Source: an uncultured Halobacteriales archaeon (GTDB lineage: Archaea; Thermoplasmatota; E2; JACPAO01; JAHFTW01). Taken from it: a stretch of DNA of 64,000 nucleotides. The stretch is taken from contig CAZXUC010000010.1 in the NCBI GenBank assembly GCA_964643795.1, positions 13,748 to 77,747 on the forward strand, in the 5' to 3' direction. Below are positions 38,160 through 48,227 of the stretch, piece after piece; the stretch's first letter is position 1, and every line of letters starts with the position of its first letter. The notes under the pieces are model-generated. The model had not been told where the DNA came from. It did no database searches and was given only the letters and a program-made list of their open reading frames with translations. The position numbers were made by a program, and so were the translations under genes.

Positions 38160-39877
38160 GCGGGTGCAAGAGCGCCGGCGCCCTTAGTGTTGCTGGGCGA
38201 CTCACCCGGCGGCGCGACCTTGCTGCGCACCTTTGCCGTGAAGGGGCGTCGACGCCTGGGCCCGAACCAATCGGGGCGGTGCAGCCGGCACAGCATCACG
38301 GACGCAGCGACGGCGAACAGCGTGGCCATGATGTGCATCGTGGCTTGGATGGGGTCGCTTTGCGACGAGACGATGGAGCCGACGGCGATGGCGTCCCCGT
38401 TCGTGTGGTTGATGAGCCACGCCGAGAGCGGCATTTCCAGCAGCGCCACGCCCGCCATCGCGAGGGCCGCACCGAGGCTCAAGGGCACCGCCACCTGCGG
38501 CGGTTCGCTGGCACTGGCCCCGCGCAAGAGTCGGTATGCCGCCAGGGCGCCGAGTGCGGCAGCCAGGGCTCGCCAGAGGCCGAGCAGGCCAGGGGCGTCG
38601 CGAAACGACAGTGCCGAGGCTTGCGTGCCATTGTAGGAGGCGACGATGGTGTTGCCGACGGCCCAGCATGCGTAGGCGCAAAGCAGGAGCACGGGTGCGG
38701 TCGATTCGCCATCGCCCGTGCCGAGCAGCAGCAAGGCCATCGGGATGCACGCAAGGATCCACGCCCACAACGCGCCGGGGAAGGCCCAGGTGGCGAGAGC
38801 GGCAAACAAGCAGGTGGCGGTGACCGCGGCGAGGCAGGCGATGGCCCACGGGTGGGCGCCCGCCGGCTCAAGGGTGGCGGCATGACGGGGCGGTTCGTCG
38901 AGCGCCGTTAGCACGGTGCGGTGCAGGGCGCGCAGCGGTGCAAGCGGGATGAGGAGGAAGATGAGGAATTGCGTGTGGCCGCGCAATGTCACTACGAACG
39001 TGCGGCCCATCTGGAGGCCTTCGAGGTCGGCCCGCGGCAGGAAGGATGCGAGGACAGCGATGCCGGCCAACGCCGCCATGATGCCGAGTTCGATGCGACC
39101 CAGGCCGACCCAGGATTCGCGGGTCGCTCCCGCCAGTCGGCTGTTGAGCAGGTAGGATCCGAGCCGCCACGTCTTGAGGACCATGACGGCGACGAGTCCA
39201 AGGCAAAGCAGCGCGGCGAGCGGCAGCGCCGCGAGGTAGGGGCCAAGGCCCGGCTCTCCGCTGGGAACGCCTACGAGCAGGCGCAGGTTGCCCCACGCGG
39301 CGACCGCGAGGAATGGCACAGCGAGCCCGATGGCAGCGACCTGGAACCTGAGCAAGGCCGGCAGGGGCGCATCGCGTCGTGATTTGCCAGCCAGCGCCCG
39401 CCACGCGACGCCGGCGCCGAGGATGCCTGCGGCGACGATTGCCATGATAGGCAAGAGCAGGGAGGGGACCGCGGGCTGGTTGGCCGCAATCAGCGTGTTC
39501 GAGAGGTAGGCGCTACGCGCATCGAGGTTGACGTCGTAGTTGGGCCATGCCGTCTGCACGAAGAGGGCGAGCACGTAGGTCGACAGGAAAAGGCCGGCGG
39601 CTGGCGCGAACCGGCGTGCGACCGGCAAGGGGGAGAGGAGGGCGCCCACCCAGGCTGCGCCGAGTGCACAAAGCAGGGAGGTGAGCGTGACGACGTTCCC
39701 TGCGGCGCTTGCCCGATAGGAATCAGCCGACTCATAATCGGGTTCGAGGAAGACCTCGCGCTGCGACTCCGCGCCGAGCCCCAAGCCCCACATCATGAGA
39801 CCAGCGAGGCAGGCCACGACGATGACGCGTGGAGAGACCGCCATCCCGGTTCCATTACCGGTCCGACTCATAACCAT
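38153..39877 (-). CDS. Polytopic membrane protein of unknown function
   Basis: More than 10 hydrophobic segments; overlaps the HD gene start. Confidence 0.75.
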   Translation of the reverse strand: MVMSRTGNGTGMAVSPRVIVVACLAGLMMWGLGLGAESQREVFLEPDYESADSYRASAAGNVVTLTSLLCALGAAWVGALLSPLPVARRFAPAAGLFLSTYVLALFVQTAWPNYDVNLDARSAYLSNTLIAANQPAVPSLLLPIMAIVAAGILGAGVAWRALAGKSRRDAPLPALLRFQVAAIGLAVPFLAVAAWGNLRLLVGVPSGEPGLGPYLAALPLAALLCLGLVAVMVLKTWRLGSYLLNSRLAGATRESWVGLGRIELGIMAALAGIAVLASFLPRADLEGLQMGRTFVVTLRGHTQFLIFLLIPLAPLRALHRTVLTALDEPPRHAATLEPAGAHPWAIACLAAVTATCLFAALATWAFPGALWAWILACIPMALLLLGTGDGESTAPVLLLCAYACWAVGNTIVASYNGTQASALSFRDAPGLLGLWRALAAALGALAAYRLLRGASASEPPQVAVPLSLGAALAMAGVALLEMPLSAWLINHTNGDAIAVGSIVSSQSDPIQATMHIMATLFAVAASVMLCRLHRPDWFGPRRRRPFTAKVRSKVAPPGESPSNTKGAGALAPAC

Positions 39878-39915
39878 TCACCAGGGGGCGTCGGCGCGTA
39901 CGCGTGGTTGCCTGC

Positions 39916-40063
39916 CTTCACGCGAAACGCGCGGAACCCGCGGAACGACGCCGCGAGCCGCCGACGCCGAGTCGCAGAACGTACAGTAGACGCAGAAACG
40001 GCTTCTGTGGTTTCTGCGCGTTCTGCGACCGGTCGTTCCGCGAACCTCCGCGTCCTCCGCGTG
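39916..40063. repeat. Family D palindrome with family E nested in its loop (39971-40029)
   Basis: CTTCACGCGAAACGCGCGGAACCCGCGGAA [GTCGCAGAA...TTCTGCGAC] TTCCGCGAACCTCCGCGTCCTCCGCGTG. Confidence 0.88.
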
Positions 40064-40115
40064 TGGGCCGGATTCGAAGCGCCCTCCCCGCGTAGCCGGA
40101 CCCGACGCGGTGCAC

Positions 40116-40964
40116 TTACTGTATTGCTGTCGGCGGGACGCGTTCCTGTTCCAGGTTCTGCATCTGGAAATCGGAGCCCATCGTGACGCGCAGCCCGTCT
40201 CGGGCCGCTACCGTCGGGACGCCGGTCCTCTCCGTGATGCGGTGCGCCCACGTGCCGGGGTCGCCTTCCTTGAGCGACTTGTACCCAAAATGCGTGAGCA
40301 GCAGGAGGCGCGGTCGGATTTGGTCGGCGAGGCGTTCGACGTCGTCCGTGCACATGTGGTGCGGGATGCGGTCGGAGCCTCCCCGGGTCATTTGGCAAAT
40401 GACGAGCCGGGACCCGTGGTGGAGATCGGCGAGGCCGTCGAAATAGACGCCGTCTGGGATGTAGGACACTTGGCCGTGCGTGAGGCGCATGCGGAAACCC
40501 ACGGTGTCCGGGTCGGAATGCTCCTGCCGAGTCGCCGTCACGTGGTACATTCCCTCCAGCGTGACTTCGCTTCCGGCCTGGACTTCGTGCAGGTGGGCCA
40601 TCATGTCCTGGTGGTATCGCGGCAGGACAGGGCCAATGGTGCCGCCGTCGGGAAGTGGTGCGCCGCGCAGCACGGAACGTGGGGCGACGAGGGCGCCCTT
40701 GCGGTCGAGGCCGCCCCTCGTGATGCCCTCCAGCAGGATCGCAGCATCCGTCCAGTGGTCGGGATGCGCGTGCGACACCAGGACCGCGTTCGTAAGCGTC
40801 GGGTCCAGGCCGTATCGGTGCATGTGCACGAGGGCACCCGGGCCGGGGTCAATGTTGGCGTTGAGGCCTTGGTCTCGCAGGTAGATTCCGCCGGTCTGGC
40901 GGAGCTGGCTGATGGTGGTGAACCGGCCTCCGCCGGTCCCCAAGAATGTCAGCTCGGTCAACAC
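40116..40964 (-). CDS. MBL-fold metallo-hydrolase (archaeal)
   Basis: FLGTGGGR, IDPGPG, SHAHPDH, THFG. Confidence 0.92.
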   Translation of the reverse strand: MLTELTFLGTGGGRFTTISQLRQTGGIYLRDQGLNANIDPGPGALVHMHRYGLDPTLTNAVLVSHAHPDHWTDAAILLEGITRGGLDRKGALVAPRSVLRGAPLPDGGTIGPVLPRYHQDMMAHLHEVQAGSEVTLEGMYHVTATRQEHSDPDTVGFRMRLTHGQVSYIPDGVYFDGLADLHHGSRLVICQMTRGGSDRIPHHMCTDDVERLADQIRPRLLLLTHFGYKSLKEGDPGTWAHRITERTGVPTVAARDGLRVTMGSDFQMQNLEQERVPPTAIQ

Positions 40965-41055
40965 GCTTCACGCGTCTTGCAGCAAGGTCGGGCTATTTCA
41001 AAGGAGGGCCTAGCGCGCCTGATGTTTCCAGCCCCGCGACGTCTCGGCCCCCCCT

Positions 41056-41085
41056 TTTCCGCAGATTTCGCAGATGCCGCAGAAT
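41056..41085. repeat. Family F half-site
   Basis: TTTCCGCAGATTTCGCAGATGCCGCAGAAT. Confidence 0.7.
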
Positions 41086-41477
41086 CTTGTGGACCTCCCG
41101 TGCGCTTGCAATCTGTGATTGGTCCCGACCACGCTAGCAATCCGGCGAGCCAAGGGCGCGCCATGTTCGTATCCATCTGCGACGGGACCCGAATCCCTCC
41201 GACGACGTGGGCGGGCACGTGCAGCAGAAACATGATAGCGAAGAGGGCGGCGGGGCGCGCCGCAGCGGTTACGGCTTGGGGATACGGCTTCGTATGGACG
41301 GACAGGCCGATCGAACCCGTCATGCAAGGCGAATACCGCTTCTGGAGCGAAGCCATCAAACAGACTTGACAGTGGCGCAGCTGCGGCAGTAAAGGGCGAC
41401 CTGGGTTGCATTGCGGGGTGCCCAAGCATCCTGGTCGATTCGCAACGGTCAAGCATCCGTCGCCGCATGGAGGTCAC

Positions 41478-42167
41478 GTGGATGCCAACGACCTCCTCTA
41501 CGCCATGGCGGGCTTCGTGGTTGGCGCCACGGTGGTCGCGATCTTGTTCGAGGCCATGGCGCGCGGTCGTTCCAAGCCCGGCGAGACCGTGAAACTGACG
41601 GCGGGTTGGCGCCTCTCGGAACTCCAGGACCCAATCATCGTCGCGCGGGATCTGCTCGATGTGGAGGTCCCGCAAGGAGCCCGCATCGTCTCGTCCGGTC
41701 TCGTAGGCGCCGCCGCATTCGGCCGCGGGCAAGTCCGCCAAGTGCCTGCCGTGCCGGCCGAATTCGCGTTGGACGCAAAGCGCGGCAAGGCACTCTTGTT
41801 CTTGGGCGGCATCGAGAGTGGATCGTTGGCGCTATTGAGCGTAGATCCGGCTCTGCTTGCCCGCCTCAACGCTGAGGCGACAGGGTTGTGGGAACGTGGC
41901 GACCCGTACGTGGAGCGCCGCTCCATTGCCGAATTGGCGGGCCGTTCCGGCATCGTCGTTGAAACCCAAGGCACGGTCCAGGACGTTCTGCCCTACCAGG
42001 GCCGCTTCCTTCTCCGGTTGGAGGATGCGGGCCACGTCGTCGGCGTCCAGGTCGATAAGGATCCTGCCGACCTGCGCAGCGAGCGCGTGCTCGTGCGCGG
42101 AAAACTGGTCAAGGACCGGACGGGCTACCCGTTGCTCGAAGCCTTCGACCTGCGCCGCATCAGCTAG
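41478..42167 (+). CDS. Membrane-anchored protein with C-terminal OB-fold-like domain
   Basis: GGAGGT RBS before GTG; N-terminal TM helix; VETQGTVQDV...LRLEDAG...VLVRGKL. Confidence 0.75.
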   Translation: MDANDLLYAMAGFVVGATVVAILFEAMARGRSKPGETVKLTAGWRLSELQDPIIVARDLLDVEVPQGARIVSSGLVGAAAFGRGQVRQVPAVPAEFALDAKRGKALLFLGGIESGSLALLSVDPALLARLNAEATGLWERGDPYVERRSIAELAGRSGIVVETQGTVQDVLPYQGRFLLRLEDAGHVVGVQVDKDPADLRSERVLVRGKLVKDRTGYPLLEAFDLRRIS

Positions 42168-42669
42168 GGGGCACGCTGGCGCCGCCCGGCGCGTCGGTGG
42201 CGCGCGGCGTGACGGGAGGGACTTTTCGGACCATTTTTGGACGGACGCCCTTGGCGGGTCGACGTTGCGCCGCGGCCTGCGCGACGATTGCGAGGAGGCG
42301 GGTGCTCAGGGTATCCCCGTCAATGTTCTTGTCGATGAACGCGGTTGCGCCAAGTCGGAGGGCTTCTGGTTCGGCTTCGGCGCGCGGGCGCATGGAAAGC
42401 ACGACGACGGCGGCGTCGGGGGCGGCCTTTAGGATTCGCGGCAGCGCCGTGAGCCCATCCATCACGGGCATGTTCAGGTCCAAGAGCACGATGTGCAGGC
42501 CCGATTTGCAGTGCTTTACCTGCTTGATGCCTTCGGCGCCGTTGGCCGCTTGGCCTACGACCTGGAATTTTCCCGTGCTTTCCAGCTCGCTTTTCACGAG
42601 GAAACGCAGCGCAGGGTCATCTTCGACGAGTACGACTTGAATCACGAGGGAACCTATCCGTGTAGCCAC
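42160..42669 (-). CDS. Stand-alone response-regulator receiver domain
   Basis: VLVEDD, LLDLNMPVMDG, VVLS, FIDK. Confidence 0.88.
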   Translation of the reverse strand: MATRIGSLVIQVVLVEDDPALRFLVKSELESTGKFQVVGQAANGAEGIKQVKHCKSGLHIVLLDLNMPVMDGLTALPRILKAAPDAAVVVLSMRPRAEAEPEALRLGATAFIDKNIDGDTLSTRLLAIVAQAAAQRRPAKGVRPKMVRKVPPVTPRATDAPGGASVPPS

Positions 42670-42688
42670 CTCAGTGCCCCTGCCTTAT

Positions 42689-42744
42689 GTCGTAGGGCTT
42701 TGCCTGAGGTGTCTGGGTCGTAGGGCTTTGCCTGAGGTGGCTGG
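42689..42744. repeat. 28-bp direct tandem repeat (2 copies) in a divergent intergenic region
   Basis: GTCGTAGGGCTTTGCCTGAGGTG(T/G)CTGG twice. Confidence 0.85.
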
Positions 42745-42864
42745 CCGTGGGGGCCCGATATGCCGACCTCTTGACCCTAGCCCAAGGCACGCGCCCAATC
42801 GCCGCGCCGCAAGAAACGCGCCAACAGCACAACGGCTTTATGCCGCCGGGCGGCATTTTCGCGC

Positions 42865-43638
42865 GTGGGACGCGCCAAGCCGATTCTCGTCGTAGCCGCC
42901 TTGTTGGTGATGGGAAACGCCGCGGCCACCGAGCCATCGCAGGCCGGACCGTCCTCACCATCCTCACCAGCCTCCCAGCCGCGCGACTGTTCGCCCCCTT
43001 GCGGCTACATCGACCCCACCTTGTCGATTGCCATGCTCGAGAAACCTCTCTGCCTGCGCCAAGTCGGCCAAGCCGTCGACCGGACGCTATGTATCCCGCT
43101 GCCCGCCGTGGGGGATTCGGTCTCGTTCGAGGGCACGGTGACGTGGTCGTGGGACATCACCCGCGATGGACTCTATCCGTCGGATCCGTCCGTTCCCATC
43201 GTCATTTCGTTTGGCGGGACCGACAACAACCCGACTTGGATGGAGCTGAATGTGGAACCCGCCACGTTCACGCTCGACGCAGCCACCCTCGCTGCACCCG
43301 AGAACCAGAAGTTGGTCCTTGGCGACCCAATGCAGCCGCAACTGTGGTTCTGGTATGAACGTCCCATCCAGGTGACGTTGACGCGCACGGCCGAGCCCAC
43401 TCAGGAGGAGGTGGAGCAGGTCGCCGACCTGGACCACATCGTCAAGGTCCACCTCAAGGGTCGCAGCAACGCCTCGGGAGTGTACTTCCGGGAGGCCTTC
43501 AACGTCGAAGCCTTCCGCTTCGACGCGCTCGGGCGCATCCCATCGACTCCGCCGGGCAACGACGCGCCTGGAGTTGGGTTCGTCGCCCTTGGCCTGGCAC
43601 TCGTCGTGGCCGTCGCCACGGTGCGGCGGCGCCGCTAG
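42865..43638 (+). CDS. Secreted protein with PGF-CTERM-like anchor
   Basis: Signal peptide; C-terminal APGVGFVALGLALVVAVATVRRRR. Confidence 0.8.
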   Translation: MGRAKPILVVAALLVMGNAAATEPSQAGPSSPSSPASQPRDCSPPCGYIDPTLSIAMLEKPLCLRQVGQAVDRTLCIPLPAVGDSVSFEGTVTWSWDITRDGLYPSDPSVPIVISFGGTDNNPTWMELNVEPATFTLDAATLAAPENQKLVLGDPMQPQLWFWYERPIQVTLTRTAEPTQEEVEQVADLDHIVKVHLKGRSNASGVYFREAFNVEAFRFDALGRIPSTPPGNDAPGVGFVALGLALVVAVATVRRRR

Positions 43639-44495
43639 TCACTGGATGGCGCAACATCATCGGCCCGCTCAAGTTCACGCCCAACAAGGTCGCTGGCCTT
43701 CAACGCAATTATGGCTCCGCCTACGGCCAACCGATCGCTTCGCCGCGCTTCGCGGTAGAGCAGGTGGTTCCCCTTGGCGCCCAGCCACTTTCCAGCGTGC
43801 GTGCCTGCGGACTTGACGCGTCGGGGCACGCCGCCGATGGGCTGCTCGACCGGGTGGTCCGTGATCCTGTGCAGCGTCGGCACGACGGGGAACCCTGCGG
43901 CTAAGCGTCTTGCCCAGTCCCCGGCGCGGGCTGCCATAGTATCCCATGGCACGGGGCGCGCCAACTGCGGTAGCGACTCGCGGTGGCTACGGTACTCCGG
44001 CAGGCCATGTAGGAAGCTGACTTGGCGTTCGAGGCGGCGGGCCGCGCCGCGGTCGGCGGTCGTGCCGACGAGGAACCACGCGTCCGCTCCTTGCTCGCGC
44101 AGGCGTTCTGCCACGCGGCGCTGCAACGTCATCCCGACCTTTGGCAATGTGCCGTGGAACGCGACGTACACCACGTGCGGCTCCGGGCCGAACGTGCATC
44201 GGCATGCCAACGCTTCGTCCTGGCAGCGCGGCTCGAACACGCATTCCACGTCCTCGAGGCCGCTGCAGGCTTGGCATCGGGCGTGCACCGAGACGGGTTC
44301 CCGCGTCGGGCAGGGCACGTGACGACCCGCGTCGTAGTTCCCCACGCAGCGCCGCACGCGCGACAAGGTCCAATGAAAATCGCCGACCAGACTGAGCACG
44401 CTGACCGCGCTGCGGGCGTCACACATCCATGCCTTGGGCGTCGGCCCACGGGTGCTCACGGCAAGGAGGTGGCGCACGGCCGTCAACGCTGCCAT
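43635..44495 (-). CDS. DUF2797-like Zn-binding protein
   Basis: RRCVG...PCP...RCQAC, PHVVYVAF, KVGMT, RLREQGA. Confidence 0.8.
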   Translation of the reverse strand: MAALTAVRHLLAVSTRGPTPKAWMCDARSAVSVLSLVGDFHWTLSRVRRCVGNYDAGRHVPCPTREPVSVHARCQACSGLEDVECVFEPRCQDEALACRCTFGPEPHVVYVAFHGTLPKVGMTLQRRVAERLREQGADAWFLVGTTADRGAARRLERQVSFLHGLPEYRSHRESLPQLARPVPWDTMAARAGDWARRLAAGFPVVPTLHRITDHPVEQPIGGVPRRVKSAGTHAGKWLGAKGNHLLYREARRSDRLAVGGAIIALKASDLVGRELERADDVAPSSD

Positions 44496-45844
44496 GGTTC
44501 GCGGCCGAGCACGACGTCGGCGACGCGCGGTTGCCACGCAGGGGGTGCTAAGGCGGGGTCGCGCAGCAGTTCGTGGTCGGGTAGCGCATCGGTTACGTGC
44601 CGGCCAAGCGCGTCAGGTCGTGCAAGTCGGGCGGCAAGCCAATCGCCCACCGTGCGGTGCCGCACGTGCAACGTAACTTCGGTGCGCCCATCGAGGCCGC
44701 GCGTGACGGGCCCGACCGCATCCGGGTGGTCGCGCCATTTCTCGCGGAAGCGCTTCGCGTTGGGGCGACTGTCGTCGGGGGGTCCACGATGCAGCCGAGT
44801 CGGCGCAAGGGTCACGTCCGCGGCGGTGAACTGCAACAGGACTTCCGCCCCGTCGGGGGACGACGCGAAGTCGGTGCGGTGGACCGCGAAGCCAGCCTCT
44901 TCCAGCCCGGCCTGCAAGGTGCGTCCAGCGCGCTGGAACTGCGGCATGACGATGTCGAGCCGGTCGGTGCGCGGCCGCAGCCGCACGGCGACCCACGCTT
45001 GTTTCTGTGCGCCAAGTGCCGCGTGGAGCTCGGCCGCGGGTTCGGCGCGGGGCGGTTTCGGGAAGAAGAATGCACGAGTCGGCGCCGCGCTGTACGCGAG
45101 GGCGGCGCGCGTTGCTCGTTCAAGCGTCTCCGACGTGACTGCGGCCGAACAGTTTCGCGCCGGGTCGACGGGGTCGACGACGACTAGTGGCGCGACTTCG
45201 TCCGTCACCAGGTCCTCCCCCAGCGCGATGCGCCGAGGGTTGGCCGCGCCGGCGAGCCAACCTACCAGCGCTGGAAATGATCCGAATCTCGTGACGAGAA
45301 TCTCGACGAGGTAACCCGAGAAGCCTCCGATTGCGGTCTCCGCTCCGTAAACGCCGACGCCCTTCATCCAACGCTTGGCGAGGCGGACTTGTCCCCGCAT
45401 GGCTTCGTCGAGGCTGCCGCGCACCCATGCCGTGTGGAACGGCGTGCGGTCGACTGCGGACATTTTGGCATGCGCCGATTGCACCGCGTAAGCCGGGACG
45501 AGGTCGACTGCCGTGCCGTCGAAGGTGCCCTTGACGTAGGGGTGCTGGGCATATTTTTTCTGCACTGCGCTCAGCACCGCGCTGCCAACGGCAAGGGCGG
45601 CTCCCTCCAATTCCTGCTTCGGCACGCCGGGGTCGAGGAGGAGGAACAAGTCGATGTCCGTGGCGCCCCTCAGCCAGGTTCCCTTCGCAACGGAGCCCTC
45701 GACTTCCGCGCGGCCTGCCAAATGGAGCTTGGCGAGTTCCTTGTCGCATGCCGCCGTGAGGCGCTCGGCTTTTGCCTGCATTGCGGCCGTTTCGGTGGCT
45801 TGCGGGGTGATGTCGCGCAGGACCTCGGCTTCCACGGGATTCAA
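44483..45844 (-). CDS. cca: CCA-adding enzyme, archaeal class I
   Basis: GSVAKGTWL..TDIDLF, YAQHPY, DLVP, AVDRTPFH, GFSGYLVE, DPVDPARN. Confidence 0.95.
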   Translation of the reverse strand: MNPVEAEVLRDITPQATETAAMQAKAERLTAACDKELAKLHLAGRAEVEGSVAKGTWLRGATDIDLFLLLDPGVPKQELEGAALAVGSAVLSAVQKKYAQHPYVKGTFDGTAVDLVPAYAVQSAHAKMSAVDRTPFHTAWVRGSLDEAMRGQVRLAKRWMKGVGVYGAETAIGGFSGYLVEILVTRFGSFPALVGWLAGAANPRRIALGEDLVTDEVAPLVVVDPVDPARNCSAAVTSETLERATRAALAYSAAPTRAFFFPKPPRAEPAAELHAALGAQKQAWVAVRLRPRTDRLDIVMPQFQRAGRTLQAGLEEAGFAVHRTDFASSPDGAEVLLQFTAADVTLAPTRLHRGPPDDSRPNAKRFREKWRDHPDAVGPVTRGLDGRTEVTLHVRHRTVGDWLAARLARPDALGRHVTDALPDHELLRDPALAPPAWQPRVADVVLGREPWQR

Positions 45845-46536
45845 GGTTGTCCCCCGACCAGTTCGGCCAGGCTGCGCTGGGCGGCCTCGCGTTCCGCCAC
45901 AAGGCTCTCCGCACCAGTCAATTTCGTCAAGAGGCGGCGGATGGCCTCCGCGACGAACGGGCTTGCGAGCAGGGGGTCCTGTGCGGGGAGCGCGTAGAGC
46001 GGGTCGCGTAGCGGTACGTCGATGCGCGGGCCGCCCTTGCGTTCGAAGAGCTTGCGGTAAGCCTTGCGTTGCTCGTCGAAGCCCGTGATGCGTTCGATTC
46101 CCTCCGGAATGCGCGCGGCACCAGCATGCACAAGTTCAGCGGCAAAGATTGGGCGGGCGAGGAGGGTTTGCAGGATCGCAATGAGCAGACGCACGCGGTC
46201 CTCCTCACTGCGCGGCAGGTCCACCACGTGGCGCCAGACGCGCTGGTGCAAGGTCCAATGCATGTCGGGGTTCTGCATCTGGTATTCCTTGTTGGGCGGC
46301 CGGGCAATCTCCTTCAGGAGGCCCGAGTCAGTCATTGCCTGTAGATAGCCGGCCACGGTGAGGCGGTGGGCCGGCGCCTCGCCACCGCGCGTGAGGGCCC
46401 GGGCGATGCCGCTAATCGAATCGTGGCCGACGCGGCGCAGATGATCGACGATGCGGTCGCGCAGCGTATCGCGCGGACCGAGAGCGACAGGGCTGCCCGC
46501 TGCGGTTGGCGTGGGCGCTGCAGGCATCTCCTCCAC
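45841..46536 (-). CDS. Hypothetical protein with N-terminal HTH
   Basis: SISGIARAL...HRLTVAGYLQAM. Confidence 0.75.
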   Translation of the reverse strand: MEEMPAAPTPTAAGSPVALGPRDTLRDRIVDHLRRVGHDSISGIARALTRGGEAPAHRLTVAGYLQAMTDSGLLKEIARPPNKEYQMQNPDMHWTLHQRVWRHVVDLPRSEEDRVRLLIAILQTLLARPIFAAELVHAGAARIPEGIERITGFDEQRKAYRKLFERKGGPRIDVPLRDPLYALPAQDPLLASPFVAEAIRRLLTKLTGAESLVAEREAAQRSLAELVGGQP

Positions 46537-46609
46537 ACGCTGTTCACAGACCTGGTATCAATAAAGGCGCCGGGGGGAGTCTGGGGTGGAACGACTGGGT
46601 CTGTTGCGC

Positions 46610-47536
46610 TCAGCCGCGAGGCCTGCCCGGCCAGTGGCCGGGGGCGTGGGTCCAGCTACGTAGCCGCAGCCAAAGAGGGCGCAGCGCGCCCTGCGCGCTG
46701 CGCTCGATGCGAGAGAAGAACCGGAAGAAATCGTCGCGGAACTCGTCCGCGATTGCGGCGCCCAGCAGTCCCACGGCCATGCCGCCTGGGATGTCCGTGA
46801 TCCAGTGGATGCCGAGGTACAGGATGCTGAAGCAGAACACGGCGGTGTTCGCGATGACGAACCACAGGTAGCCGCGATGTTCCCAGTCACGCAACGTGTA
46901 TCCGCGTCGGCGCATCGTCCACCACATGACGAGGATCAAACCGAACGGAATCGCCATGTGCAGGCTCGGGAACGCGTTGTCAAGCGGATCGTGCGCGGTG
47001 AAGAACGAATAGAAACCCGGGCCAGAGTGGTACAATAGCGCCTTCATGCCGGGAATGTAGTCGCTCGTGATTTGGACGTTGAAGAAGATGTAGAACGGGA
47101 TGGCGAGGATGTAGATGATGGAATAGTTGAGGGCCGCCAGATTGGCAAGCTCGCGGTCGTCGCGGTAGGCCCACAAGATGACCGTGAAGTAGTTCAGGAA
47201 GACGTAGCCCCACAGGTAATGGACGTTGAGAAACGCCGTGAGAAGGTCGTTTTCAAGGGCCCGTTGCAAGCCGTAGGTCGTCCCGCCTTCGATGTGGTAC
47301 AGCAGCCACGTCTTGTCACCAAAGACGCCGCGCAGAGGATCGTTGAGGGAATCAACCCAATTCTTCTCGATGAGAATGGCGAAGAAGAGGGCCCAATGCC
47401 AGCGGTAGTCTTGCGCCACGCGCCGCAGGTTATGCCAGAAGCCTCCACCCCAGTGGCGGGCGGCGAAGACCCACAGGGCCAGTGGCGTGCTTGCGATCAC
47501 CGACCAGAATATGATGCGGCCGACCTGCAGCGCCAC
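46610..47536 (-). CDS. PAP2 / inositolphosphoceramide-synthase-like membrane protein
   Basis: NAFPSLH, SILYLGIHWITD. Confidence 0.88.
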   Translation of the reverse strand: MALQVGRIIFWSVIASTPLALWVFAARHWGGGFWHNLRRVAQDYRWHWALFFAILIEKNWVDSLNDPLRGVFGDKTWLLYHIEGGTTYGLQRALENDLLTAFLNVHYLWGYVFLNYFTVILWAYRDDRELANLAALNYSIIYILAIPFYIFFNVQITSDYIPGMKALLYHSGPGFYSFFTAHDPLDNAFPSLHMAIPFGLILVMWWTMRRRGYTLRDWEHRGYLWFVIANTAVFCFSILYLGIHWITDIPGGMAVGLLGAAIADEFRDDFFRFFSRIERSAQGALRPLWLRLRSWTHAPGHWPGRPRG

Positions 47537-47616
47537 GTTGCGGCGAAAAGGTCATAGATAAAGGAATTTGTGCGTAGATAAGGCGCTTATATGGCCCTTT
47601 TCCGGACGCGCCGGCC

Positions 47617-47624
47617 TTTAAATA
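47617..47624 (+). promoter_or_regulatory. TATA box upstream of tbp
   Basis: TTTAAATA in an AT-rich divergent intergenic region. Confidence 0.55.
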
Positions 47625-47671
47625 CCACTTTTGGCTTGGACCGGACGCCCGCAAACCGGGGTTGGTCAACC

Positions 47672-48220
47672 ATGGCCGTCATACACATCCAGAACGTCGT
47701 CGCGAGCACCTCCATCGGCGAGGAACTCGACCTAAACGCCATCAGTGCCACCTTCTCCAACGCCGAGTACGAACCCGAACAATTCCCGGGCCTCGTATTC
47801 CGCGTCCCCGAACCGAAGACGGCTGCCCTCATCTTCCGCAGCGGCAAGGTCGTGTGCACGGGCGCTAAGTCCATCGAGGAAGTCCACACGGCGGTCGGCA
47901 TCGTGTGCGCCCAACTGCGCGCCCACGGCTTCGAGACCATCGATGACCCGGAGATCACCATCCAAAACATCGTCGCCACGAGCGACCTCGGCGCCGAACT
48001 GAACCTCAACGCCATCGCCATCGGGCTCGGCTTGGAGAACGTCGAATACGAACCCGAACAGTTCCCCGGCCTCGTCTACCGCCTCACCGACCCCAAGGTC
48101 GTCGTGCTGATCTTCGGCTCCGGCAAGCTCGTCTGCACGGGCGCCCGCAAGAAGGAAGACGCCGAAGAGGCCGTCGACAAGATTACGGCTGAACTCAGCT
48201 CGCTCGGACTGCTCTTCTGA
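47672..48220 (+). CDS. tbp: TATA-box-binding protein
   Basis: Two repeats of IQN(V/I)VA...[10 protein letters not shown]...LIF.SGK.VCTGA. Confidence 0.98.
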   Translation: MAVIHIQNVVASTSIGEELDLNAISATFSNAEYEPEQFPGLVFRVPEPKTAALIFRSGKVVCTGAKSIEEVHTAVGIVCAQLRAHGFETIDDPEITIQNIVATSDLGAELNLNAIAIGLGLENVEYEPEQFPGLVYRLTDPKVVVLIFGSGKLVCTGARKKEDAEEAVDKITAELSSLGLLF

Positions 48221-48227
48221 GGCCCTC

